The translations under genes were made by a program, and so were the position numbers. This document shows positions 59,613 through 64,000 of a stretch of 64,000 nucleotides of DNA, in pieces (the stretch's first letter is position 1; every line of letters begins with the position of its first letter). The notes below the pieces were generated by a model, which was not told the origin of the DNA, ran no database searches, and saw only the letters and a program-made list of their open reading frames with translations. Origin of the DNA: Antedon mediterranea (lineage: Eukaryota > Animalia > Echinodermata); contig NC_092677.1 in assembly GCF_964355755.1 (NCBI RefSeq), positions 28,259,175 through 28,323,174 of the forward strand, written 5' to 3'.

Positions 59613-61837
59613 AATAAAATAGCATAACATTCATCTATTATATTTATCTTTTCTTATTAATTATTTTGTATTCATAAACATAATATTGACTGAATTGACC
59701 GAATTAAAATTATGTAGTAATATCATTAATATTTTACTTTTATTTCGGAAACGGACGTCCATAGTTACAAAATCAATGGCATAAACAAGTTTAAATAAAA
59801 AAGACAGACACAAAAAAAACACACCACCAGTATCAGATCATCTCAGGATCTCCATCATTTCGTTATGGAGTCTGGATGATTTAAATGAAGATAACATAAT
59901 ACATTCTCATTTCATTTTTGCTAGCTGACATTCTATTTAACAATAAAAACTTTCTTAGATATTCCCCAAAAGACGGGACGCCATTAATAAACATATGTCA
60001 CTGCAGGACGTGTTCTTAACATAATATAATAAATAAAATACAATAGGATTTACTAACCATTTTTATTCATTAATTTATCAGTGATGGAAAGGATTAATCA
60101 TACAATATGCATCACGTGACATAGTAGTACGGTATAGTATTATAATAATGTATATTAATAGAAGGTCAACACACTTTATCCGGGATCTGTAGACGTCATT
60201 CGTACCAGGAAGATCACACAGTTTCTACGAAGAAACTCCGCGAGGTCAATAACGCCACTCTAAACGTGAAGTAGAATTTACTGGCCTAAATATTTAAAGT
60301 CATAAAAATATGTTATATAATTTTTTTTTTAATGTTTAGTATATAGACCTAGTTATAACTTATGATTGAAATCTGTTTGGAAAAAAGAATTGAATTATAG
60401 GCCTAATAATAAGCAATTAGGATGATTCAATCGTTGTTATTATTATAATAAAAAATGTATAAAATATTGAGCATGTCGTTAAATTAATATTACAATTCAG
60501 TTCTACATTTTTATTATATTAGACTGAAGTTGGTTTTATTCAGTAATGGACGTTGGGGTGTGATGGAACGTTTATGATGACGTAATGTAATGACGTAGTG
60601 AATGGCAAACAAAATGATTCGATTGCTATTGAATTGGTGTGCTTAAATACATCACGTGTTCCTATGAATATTCATGAACTTGCTTTAACAAAGCTTGTCC
60701 TCTCAACCGATATAATAATTATCGAACGTTCATGAGGTAGTCCTACTTTCGCATGACAAAACAGACACTATCAACGACACATCAGGAGACAGACACTATA
60801 AACGACATACCGGGAGAAATATAACTTGTTCAGGTAAATTTAATTACTAGAATGTGTATATCTCTTAATATAACGGAATTAATAGGAAATGCGTAAAAAA
60901 CACTATGTTTTGTTGAAATATATGTGTATGTAATTATATATACAGGTTCAGTGTAACAGGTCCACCAACCAACCGAGTTCGTTATTTTTTATAGGATTAA
61001 CATTAGGTTTTGATAATATAAATATCACCAGATACATATATTTATATATATATTACGTTATCTTTTCTACTCTCTACTACTACACAAAGTATACCTGCAG
61101 TTTTTGTATGGATTGGCATACAGCTAACTCCAACGCATACCAATTAGGCCTACGTACCATACTATTATGTAACCGTACTAATTAGTGTAAAGATTGCACT
61201 TAGTTTTATAGTCAGGTAGTGTAAATTACTGTAGGTGAGCACTCGCGAATATTTATACAGTACGTACTTTATACAGTACGTACTTTTAAAATGACATTAT
61301 AAAAATGAACTATAATACACCTGAGATGTATAGTTCCTAATAAACCTGGGCTTATTGTGTGTAAGACCCACAATGCAACTGTCGTTGTTGTATAATTATT
61401 GTCAATCTCTTATTGTCTGAAAATAATGACGTTAGCATTCGTGTAAAAACAACATGCTATAAATATGCCTGTAAAATTACATTTAGATAATGACGAGGAC
61501 GGTGGATGGGCATAAGGAAATGAAATCGGGTTGAACAGCTACAATAAATGATTCTTATTTAGTAGGCCTAAATTGATTTGATCTACAATTACAAAGAAAA
61601 ATGTAATGCCTGGATAACCCAATTAGGCCTGGTTATCACCAGAATTATTTCCAATGGGTCCAAGTCTTATTAGTCTTATAATTATTGAATTAGATTGATA
61701 TATTATATAGTCAAGTCTTGAGTAATAATTTATTAAACGCACTGAAAAATGAAATACTTGTAACGTTTTGAATTGAGCAGCAATTTACATTTGTACATCA
61801 AATTAATGTTTTTAAAATTTCAGTGACTTTCGTCACA

Positions 61838-62351
61838 ATGGGGTTGCGACTAAGGCAATTCAAGCTGTTGCTGTGGAAAAATTGGCTTCTACAGGTATGT
61901 ATTGAATTCTTACCTCAAATACAGTTTTAGTGACAAAAAATTAAAATGTCCATGATAAAAAAAATACGTAAGAACTCTGGAGGAGTAATGCATGATTAAT
62001 GACATTGAACATAATGCCATGGTTACTCCATGATTAATGACATTGAACATAATGCCATGGTTACTCCATGATAATGACATTGAACATAATGCCATGGTTA
62101 CTCCATGATAATGCTGACAATAACATTCTAGTATTATCATGTTACTAATATTTTAATAATGTTGATGGCAGTACTAACCTCTCCTTTAAGACACACCTCA
62201 GTGTATTCAGGGGAAACCCTTATTGACAGGGGTTCCACTGTATAAATACCATTGACGATTTTTGTTTTCTAATGTAGATTCGTAGACCCGTTGGAACCGT
62301 ATTTGAAATTATCCTACCACTGTTATTTACTGCGTTGCTGTTACTTGCAAA
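61838..62351 (+). CDS. ABC transporter subfamily A (ABCA3-like), first two coding exons; gene continues beyond the window
   Basis: Exons 61838-61894 (MGLRLRQFKLLLWKNWLLQ) and 62278-62351 (IRRPVGTVFEIILPLLFTALLLLA). LLLWKN is the ABCA N-terminal signature. Probable upstream non-coding exon with donor at 60833/60834. Confidence 0.85.
61991..62113. repeat. About 38-bp tandem repeat, 3 copies
   Basis: catgattaatgacattgaacataatgccatggttactc. Confidence 0.9.
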
Positions 62352-63010
62352 GTAAGCAATTCACATTCAATTATTATTTATAACAAATAGGCCTATGTTA
62401 TATTCAAAATAAAGCCTTATTGGAGCATAACAAATATTAATAAAAATGTAACTAAATCAGCATTGGTAACAATAATTTTTGTTATTGAATCTTACTTTAA
62501 ATTAATTAGTGACCCGGTTATCGGATCTTTTCTCTTCCTTTGGATCAATTAGAGATTATTGCGTCAGTGAAATTCCTTCCGAGAAATAGTTATCGGGTAC
62601 ATCCTGGTTTGTACAGAAAATCCTGGATAAACCACTTGGCTCTATTCTGGCACAAGTGTGTCCAATCATGATTCATCAATTAATATTATTTGGTCTAAAA
62701 GTTGTCTGTGATTAGAGGAAAGGTCTGCACAATTCCACATGGCGTTGTAACGAAAGTAGGCTTACTATTTATATTGCGGTCGCATAACATTCTTTTTATT
62801 GAGATACAATATTTGCAAATCACTTGAAAGATTCATATCTGTAGTTTGCTTGTGAGCTATAAATGAAATGAGAGTCTTACATAACTAAGTTACCGGTAAA
62901 ATGTACCGGTTACCGGTAAATTTTACGATTACCTGTAAAAACAAAAACCACATCTGTAAACTATAAACCCCATAAGCTGTAATTATCACCTATTAGTATG
63001 TTCCCCCAAT

Positions 63011-63743
63011 TGGCACTTGTTATTGTTGATGATGACAAAACATGTAGCAAAAAGCAGACTGGCAATTGCTATTGTTGATGATGACAAAACATGTAGCAAA
63101 AAGCAGACTGGCACTTGCTATTGTTGATGATGACAAAACATGTAGCAAGAAGCAGACTGGCACTTGTTATTGTTGATGACGACAAAACATGTAGCAAAAA
63201 GCAGACTGACATTTGTTATTGTTGATGACGACAAAACATGTAGCAAGAAGCAGACTGGCACTTGTTATTGTTGATGATGACAAAACATGTAGCAAGAAGC
63301 AGACTGGCACTTGTTATTGTTGATGATGACAAAACATGTAGCAAAAAGCAGACTGGCACTTGTTATTGTTGATGATGACAAAACATGTAGCAAGAAGCAG
63401 ACTGGCACTTATTGTTGATGATGACAAAACATGTAGCAAAAAGCAGACTGGCAATTGCTATTGTTGATGATGACAAAAACATGTAGCAAAAAGCAGACTG
63501 GCACTTGCTATTGTTGATGATGACAAAACATGTAGCAAGAAGCAGACTGGCACTTGTTATTGTTGATGACGACAAAACATGTAGCAAAAAGCAGACTGGC
63601 ACTTGTTATTGTTGATGACGACAAAACATGTAGCAACAAGCAGACTGGCACTTGTTATTGTTGATGATGACAAAAAATGTAGCAAAAAGCTGACTGGCAC
63701 TTGTTATTGTTGATGATGACAAAACATGTAGCAAAAAGCAGAC
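63011..63743. repeat. 49-bp minisatellite, about 15 copies
   Basis: Unit tggcacttgttattgttgatgatgacaaaacatgtagcaa(a/g)aagcagac. Confidence 0.95.
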
Positions 63744-64000
63744 ATGGTATTTCACAGTTTGATTTATTCGGCTTTACTCGTAGGCATCTACATCGGATAT
63801 CAAAATTCATAAATAAAAAATGAAACGTGCATCTCCATTATAATATTTGCATTAGGTTATACCATGGACCTATACAATAATTAATGTATACTATAGGTCC
63901 ACGGTTATACAAATTACAAAGAAATCAGAATTATAGAGTGTAGGCCTATTTAAACATGTTGAAATAGTGGAATATTTTAATTAATAATGTATTCAATCTT

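Overview
AT-rich, intron-containing animal genomic DNA, probably an invertebrate deuterostome such as an echinoderm (inference from gene content, intron layout and mosaic CpG depletion). Genes in order: last exon of a divergent ZNF341-like C2H2 paralog (+), ZNF341 (+, 7 coding exons), AKTIP/FTS (+), C8orf82/UPF0598 homolog (-), KATNB1 katanin p80 (+, 16 coding exons, one GC-AG intron), an unrecognised 4-exon gene for a signal-peptide, dibasic-site, GPI-type protein (+), PFDN4 (-, with a U12 AT-AC intron) and the 5' end of an ABCA-subfamily transporter (+). Introns and intergenic DNA hold many non-autonomous DNA transposons (some nested) and homogeneous minisatellites. The most unusual signal: TA dinucleotides are converted to TAGGCCTA, TAGGCTA or TACTGTA by 5-6 bp insertions, visible by comparing homologous repeat copies within the window, and TAGGCCTA/CTAG words pile up in the first introns of the housekeeping genes. 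This suggests promoter-biased transposon excision footprints. All gene models were read by hand from splice signals and frame continuity; no database search was run.
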